A stretch of 64,000 nucleotides of DNA, taken from assembly GCA_965224025.1 (NCBI GenBank), contig OZ245033.1, forward strand, positions 1,760,001 through 1,824,000, written 5' to 3'. Of this stretch, positions 32,898 to 43,574 are shown in pieces. The DNA is from Candidatus Multivorans sp. (GTDB taxonomy: Bacteria; Acidobacteriota; Thermoanaerobaculia; Multivoradales; Multivoraceae). Each line of letters starts with the position of its first letter. Within the stretch, counting starts at the first letter, position 1. The position numbers were made by a program, and so were the translations under genes. The notes under the pieces were generated by a model. The model was not told the origin of the DNA. It searched no databases and worked only from the letters and a program-made list of their open reading frames with translations.

Positions 32898-33731
32898 ATG
32901 CGTCACGCCACCACCATCCGGGCCGCCGTCGTCGCCCTGCTGTTCCTCACCCTGCCGACCGCAGGAATGGCCGAAACGGTCCGCATCCCGGCGGGCACGA
33001 CCGTCTACTGCGTCCTCGACGAGAGCCTCTCCACGAAGAAAAAGTCGAGCCACTACGTCCAGCAGGGAGACCGCGTCCGTGCCAAGGTCGCCGAGGACGT
33101 CCTTGTCGACGGCCACGTCGTCATCGAGGCCGGGACGGTCGTCTGGTCGGAGGCCCGCCGGGCCAGGCGCGCCAAGGTAGCCGGTATCCGGGGTCGGCTC
33201 GAGGTCGAGGCCAACACGGTCTCCACGGTGGACGACCAGTCGATCCGGCTCCTCGGAGGTTACGACCGTTCCGGCAAGGGCCGCTTCGTGCTCACCGCCA
33301 CGCTCACCGCGGCCGTCGCATGGCCGTTCATCTTCATCAAGGGCAAGCACGCGCGCCTCGAGCGCGGCGTCATCTTCGATGCCCAGACCGCGGCGCCCGT
33401 GGATGTCGAAGTCGGAGCGCGCCCGGAGCTTCCGGTTCTCCGCGCCGACATCCCCGGCTTCGAGGTCAGCATCCCCTACGACAAGATCGATCCCGACGTC
33501 CGGCTCGCGAACCTGCCTCTCTACTTCGACGGCCTGGCGGCGGACACCACAGAAGCCCACATCGCCGCGGTCAACGGCCAGGAGATCCCACGGCTCAAGA
33601 TCTCCATCGTAGACGGCACGGGCGAAGTCGACTTCCAGGAACTGGCCGAGCACTTCCGCCACGGCATGAACCGGTTCACCGTCGCGGCGGACGGTCAGAC
33701 CGTGGACGTGCTGCTGGAGTTCGAGTTCTAG
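32898..33731 (+). CDS. Secreted/membrane hypothetical protein
   Basis: Signal peptide; RIPAGTTV...LSTKK...GDRV...EDVLVDGHVVIEAGT beta-rich domain; internal hydrophobic stretch. Confidence 0.7.
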   Translation: MRHATTIRAAVVALLFLTLPTAGMAETVRIPAGTTVYCVLDESLSTKKKSSHYVQQGDRVRAKVAEDVLVDGHVVIEAGTVVWSEARRARRAKVAGIRGRLEVEANTVSTVDDQSIRLLGGYDRSGKGRFVLTATLTAAVAWPFIFIKGKHARLERGVIFDAQTAAPVDVEVGARPELPVLRADIPGFEVSIPYDKIDPDVRLANLPLYFDGLAADTTEAHIAAVNGQEIPRLKISIVDGTGEVDFQELAEHFRHGMNRFTVAADGQTVDVLLEFEF

Positions 33732-33842
33732 TCGAGACCCTGGCGCGCCTTGAGGTCGATATCGCCCCTGGAGTCCTGCGCCGCCGGTCTCACTTCGCAC
33801 CAGAAGCGAAGGAACCACCGCCAAAATCCGTCTTGGTCTGCT

Positions 33843-34460
33843 ATGGAGACAGTAGGCTTACAGTACGGGCAGCGAGAAGCACGGATCATCCTTGAGGAGG
33901 CAGGTTTCGATGCCGACCAAGCGAGGGCATTGGTCGACGTGATCGGCGAACGCGAGGAGCAACTCGCCACCAAGGACGACACTGCCGACCTCAAGGGTGA
34001 TGTCGCCGTCCTCAAGACTGACGTCGCCGGATTGAAGGACGACGTCGTCGGATTGAAGGACGACGTTGTCGGATTGAAGGACGACGTTGTCGGATTGAAG
34101 GACGACGTCGCCGGATTGAAGGACGACGTCGCCGGATTGAAGGACGACGTCGCCGGATTGAAGGACGACGTCGCCGGATTGAAGATTGACATGGCGGCCG
34201 TCAACGGTCGCCTCGACGGCTTGGTGATCGCACTAGAGGGGCTTCGCCACGAGGTCCGGGATCGGATCGAGAGCCTGCGGCATGAACTCTTCGGCCGCAT
34301 CGACGCGCTCGAGGGTCGCTTCGACGGACGTGTAGACGGTCTGGCAGGCAAGATGGACGGCATGAGCGGCCAGTTGGCGCTGATCAAGTGGTTCCTCGGC
34401 CTCATCCTGGCCGCGACGATTCCGATCATGGTCGCGCTCTTCCGTATCGCTTTCGCCTAG
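33843..34460 (+). CDS. DUF1640/CCDC90-like coiled-coil protein with C-terminal membrane anchor
   Basis: LEEAGFDADQARAL...LATKDD head; heptad stalk; LIKWFLGLILAA TM anchor. Confidence 0.8.
   Translation: METVGLQYGQREARIILEEAGFDADQARALVDVIGEREEQLATKDDTADLKGDVAVLKTDVAGLKDDVVGLKDDVVGLKDDVVGLKDDVAGLKDDVAGLKDDVAGLKDDVAGLKIDMAAVNGRLDGLVIALEGLRHEVRDRIESLRHELFGRIDALEGRFDGRVDGLAGKMDGMSGQLALIKWFLGLILAATIPIMVALFRIAFA
34020..34184 (+). repeat. 21-bp coding tandem repeat, about 8 units (DVAGLKD heptads)
   Basis: GACGTCGCCGGATTGAAGGAC units abut with no spacers. Confidence 0.95.
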
Positions 34461-34594
34461 AGAGTGCTCCGGTCACGCCAGGCGAACCAACAGAAACAGG
34501 CTCCGGGTGAACAGTATGAGTCGCTCTCTGGCCCCTCTCCGACCCGCAGGAAACCGTCGCGCCTGCAAACCAGTCCTCCGCTACTGTTCCCCTC

Positions 34595-36838
34595 ATGCGA
34601 ACGATTCTCGTCCAAATACGCTTGCCTGGTCTTCTTGGTGTCCTCGCCGCCGCGCTCACCCTCGCACCGGCGACTGCGCAGAAGGAGCCCCTCGAACTCC
34701 GCCACATCTACGGGCCGGACGCGCACGACTTCTCGCCTGACCTGCCCCGGATCCGCTGGTTGCCGGGGGGCCGCGACTACTTGCAGGCCGAAGACGACAC
34801 GGACGGCGCCGGCGTGTCCTGGACGTTCGTCGACGCGGCAACCGGAGACGCGGAGCCCTTCTACGATCCGAGGCCTCTGGCTGAGGCGCTCGAAAGCCAA
34901 CTCCGGCTGGAAGCCGAGGACGCAGCCTCCCGAGCGCGGCCCGGGTCGCTGCGCCTGTCGCCGTCGACCGACCGGCTACTCCTCCACCTCGCCTCGGACC
35001 TGTTCGTCTGGGACTTCGATTCCGAGACTCTCACCCGCCTCACGCACGGTCCCGAGGACGAGGAACTGGCCCGTTTCTCGCCCGACGGCCGGAGCCTCGC
35101 CTTCGTACGCGACGCGGACCTCTACGTCGTCGACCTCGAAGGCGACGAAGTCCGGCTGACCACTGACAGCGGCGAGAACACGCTGAACGGCAAGTTGGAC
35201 TGGGTCTACCAGGAGGAGATCTACGGCCGCGGCAACTACCAGGCCCACTGGTGGAGCCCGGACAGCCGCCGCATCGCGTTCCTGCAGACCGACGAGCGGG
35301 ACGTGCACCGGTTCACTGTCGTCGACCATGTGCCCTACCGGCCACCTCTCGAGGTCTACCCGTACCCGAAGGCCGGCGACGCGAACCCCCGCGTCCGGCT
35401 CGGCGTGGCGTCGGCCGCGGGCGGCGACATCACCTGGATCGATCCGGGGATCTACGGGCACACCGAGATCCTGTTCGTGAACGTTGCGTTCTCCCCTGGC
35501 GGCGACGTCTGGTACCAGGTCCAGGACCGCCGCCAGACCTTCCTCGACCTGCACCGGGCCGACCCGGCCAGCGGCCAGTCACACCGCGTGCTGCGCGAGG
35601 AGTCCCATGCATGGGTCAACGTGCTCGGTCCGCCGCGCTTTCTGGAACGGAACGGCCAGGAAGACGGCAGTTTCCTCTGGTTCAGCGAGCGGACCGGCTT
35701 CCAGCACGTCTACTGCTACGACGAGGACGGCAACCTGGTCCGACCCCTGACCGAGGGGCGCTGGGAGGCCCGCTCGCTCCACGCCGTCGACGAGGAGGCG
35801 GGCGTAATCTACGTGTCGGGCACGTATCGCACGGCACTCGGCGCCGACGTGCTGCGGGTGGCTCTCGACGGCGCCGGCGCGACTCTGTTGACCGACACGC
35901 CCGGCAGTCACCGCGGGAGCTTCCCGGAGGACGGCCCTATCGAGCACTGGATCGCCACGTCGAGCGATCTCCACACACCGACGAGGATGACTCTTCGCCG
36001 CGCCGAGGACGGCGAGACCGTTCGCGAACTCGGCGGGGGCGACGTGCCGGACATCGAACGGTTCGAGATCTCGGCGCCGGAACTGCTGACCATCACCACA
36101 AGCGACGGCGTCGACCTGGAAGCGATGCTGATCCGGCCGCACGGCTTCGATCCCGATCGCGTCTACCCCGCCTGGATCCACGTCTACGGCGGTCCACACG
36201 CCCAGCAGGTCCGAGACGCCTGGCCCGGGGCCCGCGGCATGTGGTTCCAGTACCTTGGCCAGCAGGGACTCGTCGTGCTCGTGGTCGACAACCGCATCGC
36301 TTCCGGCAAGGGAGTCGAGTCGACCTGGCCGGTGTACAAGAACTTCGGCGAGCAGGAACTCGTCGACCTAGTGGAAGCGGTCGATTGGCTGGGTGCCAAG
36401 CCCTGGGTCGATGCGGAGCGGATCGGCCTCGACGGCTGGAGCTTCGGCGGCTACATGACCCTCTACGCGCTGACCCGCTCCGACCGCTTCCGCGCCGGCA
36501 TCGCCGGCGGCAGCGTCGTCGACTGGCGCGCCTACGACTCGATCTACACCGAGCGCTACATGTCGACGCCGGACGACAACCCGGACGGCTACAAGGCCGC
36601 GTCCGTCCGCGAGCGAGCGGCTGACCTCCACGGCGACCTGCTGCTCATTCACGGCACGATGGACGACAACGTCCACATGCAGAACACGCTCCAGATCGCC
36701 TGGGACCTGCAGAAGGCCGGCAAGCCGTTCGAGATGATGCTCTACCCGAAGTCGCGCCACGGCGTGGGCGATCCGGACCTCTCGCTCCACCTGCGCGAGA
36801 CGATGGCGCGCTTCATCCTGAAGACGATCGAGCCCTGA
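34595..36838 (+). CDS. S9B dipeptidyl peptidase IV
   Basis: DWVYQEEI; YPKAG; VYGGP; GWSFGG; YDSIYTERYM; HGTMDDNVH; YPKSRHG. Confidence 0.93.
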   Translation: MRTILVQIRLPGLLGVLAAALTLAPATAQKEPLELRHIYGPDAHDFSPDLPRIRWLPGGRDYLQAEDDTDGAGVSWTFVDAATGDAEPFYDPRPLAEALESQLRLEAEDAASRARPGSLRLSPSTDRLLLHLASDLFVWDFDSETLTRLTHGPEDEELARFSPDGRSLAFVRDADLYVVDLEGDEVRLTTDSGENTLNGKLDWVYQEEIYGRGNYQAHWWSPDSRRIAFLQTDERDVHRFTVVDHVPYRPPLEVYPYPKAGDANPRVRLGVASAAGGDITWIDPGIYGHTEILFVNVAFSPGGDVWYQVQDRRQTFLDLHRADPASGQSHRVLREESHAWVNVLGPPRFLERNGQEDGSFLWFSERTGFQHVYCYDEDGNLVRPLTEGRWEARSLHAVDEEAGVIYVSGTYRTALGADVLRVALDGAGATLLTDTPGSHRGSFPEDGPIEHWIATSSDLHTPTRMTLRRAEDGETVRELGGGDVPDIERFEISAPELLTITTSDGVDLEAMLIRPHGFDPDRVYPAWIHVYGGPHAQQVRDAWPGARGMWFQYLGQQGLVVLVVDNRIASGKGVESTWPVYKNFGEQELVDLVEAVDWLGAKPWVDAERIGLDGWSFGGYMTLYALTRSDRFRAGIAGGSVVDWRAYDSIYTERYMSTPDDNPDGYKAASVRERAADLHGDLLLIHGTMDDNVHMQNTLQIAWDLQKAGKPFEMMLYPKSRHGVGDPDLSLHLRETMARFILKTIEP

Positions 36839-36990
36839 GGAACCCGTGCCGGGACCCAAGTCGACCGCCGCGGGACTCCTTCTCGCCGTCTTTCTTCATC
36901 CAGCGGGCGGTCGCTCGACGGTCCGGGCCGATCAGTTCCGCCAGGCCCGGAGGCCAAAGGCCAGCGTCGCGATGGAGTCCTGGCGGCCGA

Positions 36991-37470
36991 TCAGCTTCGC
37001 CATGCCCGCACACTCAAGGCCAGCGTCGCGATAGTGCCCCAACTGAGCCCCACGACCACGCCGGCGTCGAGAATCCCTCGCCACGGCTGGTCCAGCCGGT
37101 GGACGAGGACGATCAAAACCAGGATGCCGAGGGTTCCGAAGTAGACGCCGAGCCGCTCCCGCCGGTCGCCGCCGAAGTAGCCGGCCGCGAACAGGGGCGC
37201 GAGAGCAACGCGAGCCAGCGTCGGGTTCGCGCGGATCGAGACCGACCGCTCCGCCACCCGCGGCGAGAAGCGCAACTGGAATCCGCGCACGCCCTCCGAC
37301 CACGCCATGACGGGAATGATCGTCAGGAGGGCCGCCCAGTGATACCAAGCGAACGGATCGTCGAAGGCGGCGATCGAGATCCTCCCGAGCCTGAAGATCG
37401 CCCATCCCAGCAGGCCGACGAGCCCAACCACGGCCCACACGCCGCCGGCCGTCCCGACGATCGGGCGCAT
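36991..37470 (-). CDS. Hypothetical membrane protein
   Basis: Four hydrophobic segments; MAWSEGVRGFQLRFSPRV; QPWRGILDAGVVVGL. Confidence 0.7.
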   Translation of the reverse strand: MRPIVGTAGGVWAVVGLVGLLGWAIFRLGRISIAAFDDPFAWYHWAALLTIIPVMAWSEGVRGFQLRFSPRVAERSVSIRANPTLARVALAPLFAAGYFGGDRRERLGVYFGTLGILVLIVLVHRLDQPWRGILDAGVVVGLSWGTIATLALSVRAWRS

Positions 37471-37525
37471 CGAGCCCGTGCCGGAACTCACGATCCGATC
37501 CGCCTGCGATTCGGCAAGCAGGCCT

Positions 37526-37904
37526 TCATTCGTCCGAGGCCAGATCCCGCCGGCCGCGGTCGCTGGCCAGGGCGGCGTGGTTCAGGATGTTCCTGGCCAT
37601 GGACGAAGGCTGGCTGTCCGCGTTCGCGCGGTAGATGGCGGCTCGCGCCTGATGGACCTCGGCGCTCTCGGGCGCCGCGTAGTGAGCCGCCTCGATCAGA
37701 TGGCATGCCACCGCATGGCGGCCGGCCGCCGCTGTCGATCACGTAGAAGCCGGCGATGCCCTTGAAGCCGAGAAGGTCCTCGGCGATGCGGCAGGAACCC
37801 GCATAGTAGCGGTGGACCGGATGGTGCTCGAACTGGAGGTCGAGTTCTCCGCGCCACGCCCGCTCGGCAAGCGCAAGCAGGTCCGGATACCCCTGGTCCG
37901 TCAT
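37526..37904 (-). pseudogene. Remnant of a probable metallo-beta-lactamase/alkyl-sulfatase-like gene (N- and C-termini only)
   Basis: The N-terminus ends at FYVIDSG; the C-terminus MACHLIEAAHYAAP...ARAAIY...SSMARNI follows in another frame near 37725. Confidence 0.55.
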
Positions 37905-38075
37905 CGCCGCGGACGCTACCGCAGAACAAACCGGCGCCGGTGCTCGGCTGCTGTCTCATTCCTGATGCCAACCTCCGCCCTCCCTTCCCGCCGAAGGATC
38001 CGGTGAAGCGCCACACCGGGATCCCAGCCGCTCAACACCCCCCAACGCCTTCCGTTCTCCGGAGCAAGCCCGTGC

Positions 38076-38643
38076 TGAGACGAACCACTGCGCCAATTGC
38101 AGGAGTGCTCGTCGCTCCGGCGACGCCGCCGATCGCGGGCTTGCAGGACACGGCGCCGGGCGACGAACGTCCGACCATGGCGGCAACCCGCGTCGAACAG
38201 GGGTCCACCATCGACGGAAATCTCAGCGACCGGGCATGGCGGCAGTCCGAGGTCGGCGGCAACTTCATCCAGCACGAGCCGGTCGACGGCGTACCGGCAA
38301 CCGAGCAGACCGAAGTGCGCGTAGCGTTCACGGACAGCACGATCTACTTCGGCATTGCCGCATTCGACGCGAACCCCGACGCGATCATCGCGAAGGAGAT
38401 GGAACGCGACAGCCGGATCTTTCAGGACGACTCGCTCCTGCTCCTGCTCGACACCTTCCACGACCGCCGCACAACGACGACTCCGAGGACCTGGGCCTCA
38501 ACGTCCGCCTGCACTGGATCTACAAGCCCGGCGCCGACCTGTTCGTCGTCCACAACGAGAACTGGATGGCCGAGGATCTTCGGCAGCGCTTCAGCACGCA
38601 CCGCCAGATCGCGGTCAAGTTCACCTACCTGATCCAGCCGTAG
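38076..38643 (+). pseudogene. CBM9-like/DUF5916 outer-membrane protein remnant with a large internal deletion
   Basis: IDGNLSDRAW...FIQHEP..G.PATEQTEV...DDSLLLLLDTFHDRR joins near 38472 to the terminal LNVRLHWIYKPGADLFVVHN...VKFTY. Confidence 0.8.
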
Positions 38644-38922
38644 CCGGCCCCAGCCAAGCGAACCGGGCTCAGCTCAGGTCTTGGCCGGGTTCAACGTGCT
38701 TGAAGAAAACACTTGGCCTATCTACGTTCTTGAGCTAGACTCGCTCAGTTTGCACGGCGCCGCGAGGCAGGTGACCGCCATCCCGGCTGTCGCCGCCACA
38801 CGCTGATAGCGGCCGCGACTCAGCTTCCCGAGACGTTCGTCACGTCGCACCGTCCTCCGGGGAGCAACAGAACTGCTAGCCGGCGGCGCCGGCGGATTCA
38901 ACGGGTCGAACACCCCACCGGA

Positions 38923-41900
38923 ATGCCAGAAGCGCAGAGCGAAAACCCTACCGGAACCTCACCCGCGACCAAGCCTTCGCGGCCGGCGCGCCGCAAGCGG
39001 CGCAGCCGCCCGCGCGGCAGGGCCCGCAGCGGACGTACCGTTGCGCTCCATCAACGCAGTGCGTCCCACTTTCGGCCGGAAGATCGGGAAGAAGGACAGA
39101 CCGTCTTCTCGAAGGGAGGCCTCAAGCTGGAGATCGAAGGCGCAAGCGCCCGGATTCTGATCGCGCCGCCGCCCGCCGGCGACAGCGCCGCCAATTCCGA
39201 GCTGAACCCGAATGGCGCCGCCAACGTCGAGCTCGACTGGTCCAGGGTTCCGGACGAACGCATCCTCCATGCCGTCTGCGGCTGCGAACAGTTCGCTGCC
39301 GGCGCCGCCTGCGGCCACATCTGGGCATCGCTGCTGCAACTCGCCGCGAACGAACCGAAGAGCCAGCCGTCAGGATCCGGCCGAGTCTCGCTACGCAAGA
39401 CGCGACCGCCCCAGGTGTCCATCCCGGGATCGGCCCTGAACGCGGTGCAGCCCGCGAGCGACGGCCCGGCAGAGGCTCCCCGTCCGGTCCGCCGCTCGCG
39501 TCGAAGTCGCAACCGGCGGCGGCGAACCTCCGCAACAACGAGCTGGCGTTCTGTTGTGGAGACCGTGCGCGAGGACATCGAACGGCAGGCTCAGCCGAAA
39601 AAGGCGGCGACTCCGAGGAACGCCCCGCCTCAGATCCAGCTCCTGCTCAACGCCGCCACCAGCCGCAACGCAGGCGGCCTGATGATCGACATCTTCGGAC
39701 GCAAGCAGAACCCGCAGGGCGAGTTCGGCAAGTTGAAGCGGCTGAGCATCGACCACGGAAAACTGGAAGATCTGTTCGGGCTGACAACGGACGGCACTGC
39801 TCATTCGGCGGGGAACGGAGTACCACCCGGCGCCGGGCCGGCCATGGTCACCGCGCTTCCGCCCGAAGTGCCGGTCCGCGCCAGCCGCAAGCGCAAGGGC
39901 GGCCGCGGCGCCCGCAACACCGGCCGTCCCCTCGTGCAACGGGTCTACGTGCCCATGAACTGGATCGGCCCCCTGCTGCCGCGGCTGAGCGCGGAGGGAC
40001 ACCTGTACTGGTGGGACGGCCGCTCACTCGGCGATCCGCGCGCGGTCACGATCGACGACGGCGAACCCTGGCGCCTTGCCCTGCAGTTGGAACTCGCGGC
40101 AGCCAGCCGGGTCCGGCTGCGCGGCATGCTCAAGCGCGGCGACGAAACCGTACCGCTGAGTCGTGCCGCACTGGTCCTGCCCTTCCCAAACGGCGACGGA
40201 GCGACCGCCGATGCCGGGTCGGACCGGCAGGGCAACATGCTGCTCCTGCTCGACGACGCCATCGGCCGGTTCCATCTCGATCCGCAGCGAGATCAGCCTT
40301 GGTACGCGCTGCTCGGCAACAGCGGCGATCTCGTGATCCCGGATGAAGACCTCGAGGCCGCGGTCACCAGCCTGCTGGAACTGCCTTCGTTGCCGCCACT
40401 CGAACTCCCGCAAGAGGTCTATCTGTCGGAGGAATCGCCCGTCCCTCAACCTCGTCTTGCGCTCGAACCAGAGGACACTCCGGAGTGGATGAACCCTCAG
40501 CTCGAGGCCCGACTCTCGTTCGGCTACGGCGGCCTGACCGTCGACGCGGGCGATCCGCGGTCCGCAGTCGTCGACTGGGAGGAGCACCGCTTCGTTCGCC
40601 GCAACCTCAAGACGGAGCAGGATGCGCTCGTCAGGCTGCTCGAACTTGGTCTGAAGCCGGTTGCCTCGAAGAGCGGGCACAGCCTGGAACTCGAACCGCG
40701 TGACCTGCCGGCGGTCGCGGAGCCTCTGCTCCTCGAGGGCTGGGAGGTTGAAGCCCACGGCGCCTCGATCCGATCGCCCAGTCCGCCGGCACTACGTATC
40801 GAGAGCGGTGTCGACTGGTTCGAGCTCAGCGGGCAGATCGACTTCGACGGCGACCGGATCGAGTTCTCGGAGATCCTCGCCGCAATCTCGGACGGTCGCC
40901 GGTCCGTCGAACTGGATGACGGCGCCAAGGGACTGCTCCCCGCCGCCTGGGTCGAGAACTACGGCTCTCTGAGTCAACTGGCACAGGACTCGAGCGAAGA
41001 TGGTCTGCGCTTCCTTCCCTCCCAGGCGCTACTTGTGGACGCGCTGCTGGCGGTAACGCCGCCGGTCAACGTGAGCAAGACCTTCGCCGAGCTGCGCGAG
41101 AAGCTGAGCACATTCTCTTCGATCAACCCCAGGAAGGAACCCCGCAGCTTCGTCGGCACGCTCCGTAACTACCAACGGCTCGGTCTGGGGTGGCTCTGCT
41201 TCCTGCGCGAATTCGGCCTCGGCGGCGTGCTCGCCGACGACATGGGGCTGGGCAAGACGATCCAGGCGCTGGCCCTGCTGCGCACGTACCGCACCGCGTC
41301 GAAGACGACGAAGTTGCCGTATCTGGTCGTCGCGCCGCGCAGCCTCGTCTACAACTGGATCGACGAGGCCGCCCGCTTCACGCCCGATCTGAAGGTCCTC
41401 GAGTACGCCGGACGCGACCGCGAGAACCTCCGTGACGAGTTCAAGACTGCCGACCTCGTGGTCACGACCTACGGCACCGTCCGCCGCGACATCGGGCACC
41501 TGGCCACGGTCGAGTTCGACACAGTGATCCTGGACGAGGCCCAGGCGATCAAGAACGCGGGTTCGCAGACCGCCAAGGCCTGCCGCCTGCTGGGCGGCCA
41601 GAACCGTCTCGCTCTCACAGGCACGCCGATCGAGAACCACCTCGGCGAGCTGGGTTCGATCTTCGAGTTCCTCAACCCGGGGCTGCTCGGTCGACTGCCG
41701 GCGCTCGACGTGCTGGCCGGCGGCCGGGCGCCGAGCCAGCGCGAACTGGCCCTGGTCGCCAAGGGTCTGCGGCCGTTCATCCTCCGCCGCAGCAAGGAGC
41801 AGGTGCTGCCCGACCTGCCCGAGAAGACCGAGCAGATCCTTCAGTGCACCCTGAACCCGAAGCAGCAGGACCTCTACGACCAGCTCCGCGCGAGCTATCG

Positions 41901-42540
41901 CGACAGCCTGTTGAAGCAGGTCGAGGACAAGGGAGTCGCCGGATCGACGATGCAGGTGCTCGAAGCGCTGCTGCGGCTCCGCCAGGTGGCCTGCCACCCG
42001 GGCCTGATCGACGAGGAGTGGGAGGACGCCGGGAGCGCCAAGCTCGAGTCCCTGTTCGAGCAGGTCTCCGAAGTCCTCGACGAGGGGCACAAGTGCCTCG
42101 TCTTCTCCCAGTTCACATCGCTCCTGGCCTACGTCCGCCGTCACCTCGAGGAGCAGGGCGTGCCCTACGCCTACCTCGACGGCCAGACTCAGAACCGGGG
42201 CGAAGTCGTCGAGCACTTCCAGACCGATCCGGACACCAACATCTTCCTGATCAGCCTGAAGGCCGGCGGCGTCGGCCTCAACCTGACCGCGGCCGGCTAT
42301 GTATTCCTGCTCGACCCGTGGTGGAACCCGGCCGTCGAGGCTCAGGCCATCGACCGCACCCACCGCATCGGCCAGACGCATCCCGTGTTCGCCTACCGAC
42401 TGATCGCGCGCGACACCGTCGAAGAGAAGATGCTCGACCTGCAGCGCTCGAAGCGGAAAATCGCCGACGCGATCCTCGAAGGCGGCGGATCGTCCCTGCG
42501 CGATCTGACCGCTGACGATCTGCGGCTGCTGCTGAGCTAG
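38923..42540 (+). CDS. SWIM zinc finger + SNF2/DEAH helicase
   Basis: CGC...CGH (SWIM); LADDMGLGKT; DEAQAIKN; LTGTPIEN; LRRSK; VFSQF; SLKAGGVGLNL; DPWWNPAVEAQAIDRTHRIGQ. Confidence 0.93.
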   Translation: MPEAQSENPTGTSPATKPSRPARRKRRSRPRGRARSGRTVALHQRSASHFRPEDREEGQTVFSKGGLKLEIEGASARILIAPPPAGDSAANSELNPNGAANVELDWSRVPDERILHAVCGCEQFAAGAACGHIWASLLQLAANEPKSQPSGSGRVSLRKTRPPQVSIPGSALNAVQPASDGPAEAPRPVRRSRRSRNRRRRTSATTSWRSVVETVREDIERQAQPKKAATPRNAPPQIQLLLNAATSRNAGGLMIDIFGRKQNPQGEFGKLKRLSIDHGKLEDLFGLTTDGTAHSAGNGVPPGAGPAMVTALPPEVPVRASRKRKGGRGARNTGRPLVQRVYVPMNWIGPLLPRLSAEGHLYWWDGRSLGDPRAVTIDDGEPWRLALQLELAAASRVRLRGMLKRGDETVPLSRAALVLPFPNGDGATADAGSDRQGNMLLLLDDAIGRFHLDPQRDQPWYALLGNSGDLVIPDEDLEAAVTSLLELPSLPPLELPQEVYLSEESPVPQPRLALEPEDTPEWMNPQLEARLSFGYGGLTVDAGDPRSAVVDWEEHRFVRRNLKTEQDALVRLLELGLKPVASKSGHSLELEPRDLPAVAEPLLLEGWEVEAHGASIRSPSPPALRIESGVDWFELSGQIDFDGDRIEFSEILAAISDGRRSVELDDGAKGLLPAAWVENYGSLSQLAQDSSEDGLRFLPSQALLVDALLAVTPPVNVSKTFAELREKLSTFSSINPRKEPRSFVGTLRNYQRLGLGWLCFLREFGLGGVLADDMGLGKTIQALALLRTYRTASKTTKLPYLVVAPRSLVYNWIDEAARFTPDLKVLEYAGRDRENLRDEFKTADLVVTTYGTVRRDIGHLATVEFDTVILDEAQAIKNAGSQTAKACRLLGGQNRLALTGTPIENHLGELGSIFEFLNPGLLGRLPALDVLAGGRAPSQRELALVAKGLRPFILRRSKEQVLPDLPEKTEQILQCTLNPKQQDLYDQLRASYRDSLLKQVEDKGVAGSTMQVLEALLRLRQVACHPGLIDEEWEDAGSAKLESLFEQVSEVLDEGHKCLVFSQFTSLLAYVRRHLEEQGVPYAYLDGQTQNRGEVVEHFQTDPDTNIFLISLKAGGVGLNLTAAGYVFLLDPWWNPAVEAQAIDRTHRIGQTHPVFAYRLIARDTVEEKMLDLQRSKRKIADAILEGGGSSLRDLTADDLRLLLS

Positions 42541-42552
42541 GCGCGGCAGAAA

Positions 42553-42603
42553 CTGGGTGCGCGGGCCTTCTGGCCCGCATCCGGCGCGAAGCGCCGGTCT
42601 CTG
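42553..42603 (+). repeat. REP-like repeat
   Basis: CTGGGTGCGCGGGCCTTCTGGCCCGCATCCGGCGCGAAGCGCCGGTCTCTG. Confidence 0.75.
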
Positions 42604-42645
42604 GGAGTTCTACCGCGCCGGGGCGCATCGGCTTCTCCTGAAGAG

Positions 42646-42684
42646 GGCCTTCGGAACCCGAATCCGGGTTCCGAAGGCCTTTTT
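42646..42684 (+). terminator. Rho-independent terminator after the SNF2 gene
   Basis: 15-bp stem GGCCTTCGGAACCCG-aatc-CGGGTTCCGAAGGCC followed by TTTTT. Confidence 0.8.
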
Positions 42685-43059
42685 GCGTCTTAGTCAATGA
42701 ACGCAGCCGCTGAACCCGCGGCGCACAACTTCGACGCACAGCTCGACCCACACGTCCACAGGCCAGCCGACGACCGGCCGGCGCCGTCCCGAGAGAACGA
42801 TGACGCCTCTGAACTCCCCTCACAGCCCCCGCACACCGCTCCCGGACTCCCTCCCAAGCGAGCCGGACGCCTACACCAGCAGCGTCTTGAAACTTCGACT
42901 CGCTGAGCCTCCCACCCGGACCCTTGAAGCGCGCCTCGGGCACGCGCTCCAGATGCTCGGCGCCAGTTCAGCGCCGGTCATCTCCATGCTGCGCTTCCAG
43001 GCCCGCCCTCGCCCCTCGGCCCAGCGGCAAGCGAACCGCGGTCACCAGGGGCGCCGGCC

Positions 43060-43566
43060 ATGAACCGCCGCCGGCTCGCCATCGCGATCGTCGGTTTCGC
43101 CGTCATCGGCCCTATCGGCGCTTTGTTCTGGTTCGAGTCCAGGCTCGAAGCGAGACTGTCTCAGCGACCCGAAGTCGGTATGGTGTTCCCCGCCCTGCCG
43201 GGCCTCGCCGACGGCGAGTCCCTGCCGGCCTCTCCGGGCCGGCTTCGGGTCGTTACTTTCGCCAAGGCCGGCTGCGGCAACTGCGACCGCACGATCGCCA
43301 CGTTCCGGCGACTCGCGGTTGACGGCGAGCTCGACTTCGACCTGATCGCGGTCATCGCGGGCGCTGAAACGACCGAGCTCGACGACACGGCCACCCTGCG
43401 CCCGATCGCCGACCCGACCACTTCGATATCCAAGCGCTTCGGCGTGGTCCACGTACCGCTCGTCTTTCTGGTCGACGAGCACTCCCGGATCCGGGCCGTC
43501 ACAACCGGCGAACAGCCCGAGGCCGCCTGGCGCTCCTTTCTGGGAATCGAAACCGATGCGCTCTGA
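43060..43566 (+). CDS. Membrane-anchored thioredoxin-fold (TlpA/ResA-like) CxxC protein
   Basis: N-terminal TM; VGMVFPAL; VVTFAKAGCGNC; FGVVHVPLVFLVDEHSRI (cis-Pro loop). Confidence 0.8.
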   Translation: MNRRRLAIAIVGFAVIGPIGALFWFESRLEARLSQRPEVGMVFPALPGLADGESLPASPGRLRVVTFAKAGCGNCDRTIATFRRLAVDGELDFDLIAVIAGAETTELDDTATLRPIADPTTSISKRFGVVHVPLVFLVDEHSRIRAVTTGEQPEAAWRSFLGIETDAL

Positions 43567-43574
43567 TCCGTCTG

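Noticed and set aside
34020-34184. Possible CRISPR array
   Set aside because: The 21-bp units abut with no unique spacers, encode in-frame heptads, and no cas genes are present.
42800-43063. 87-aa ORF with ATGA overlap to the thioredoxin gene, a possible extra cluster gene
   Set aside because: No recognisable motif, signal or leader, and low-complexity composition; it cannot be supported, though it is not excluded.
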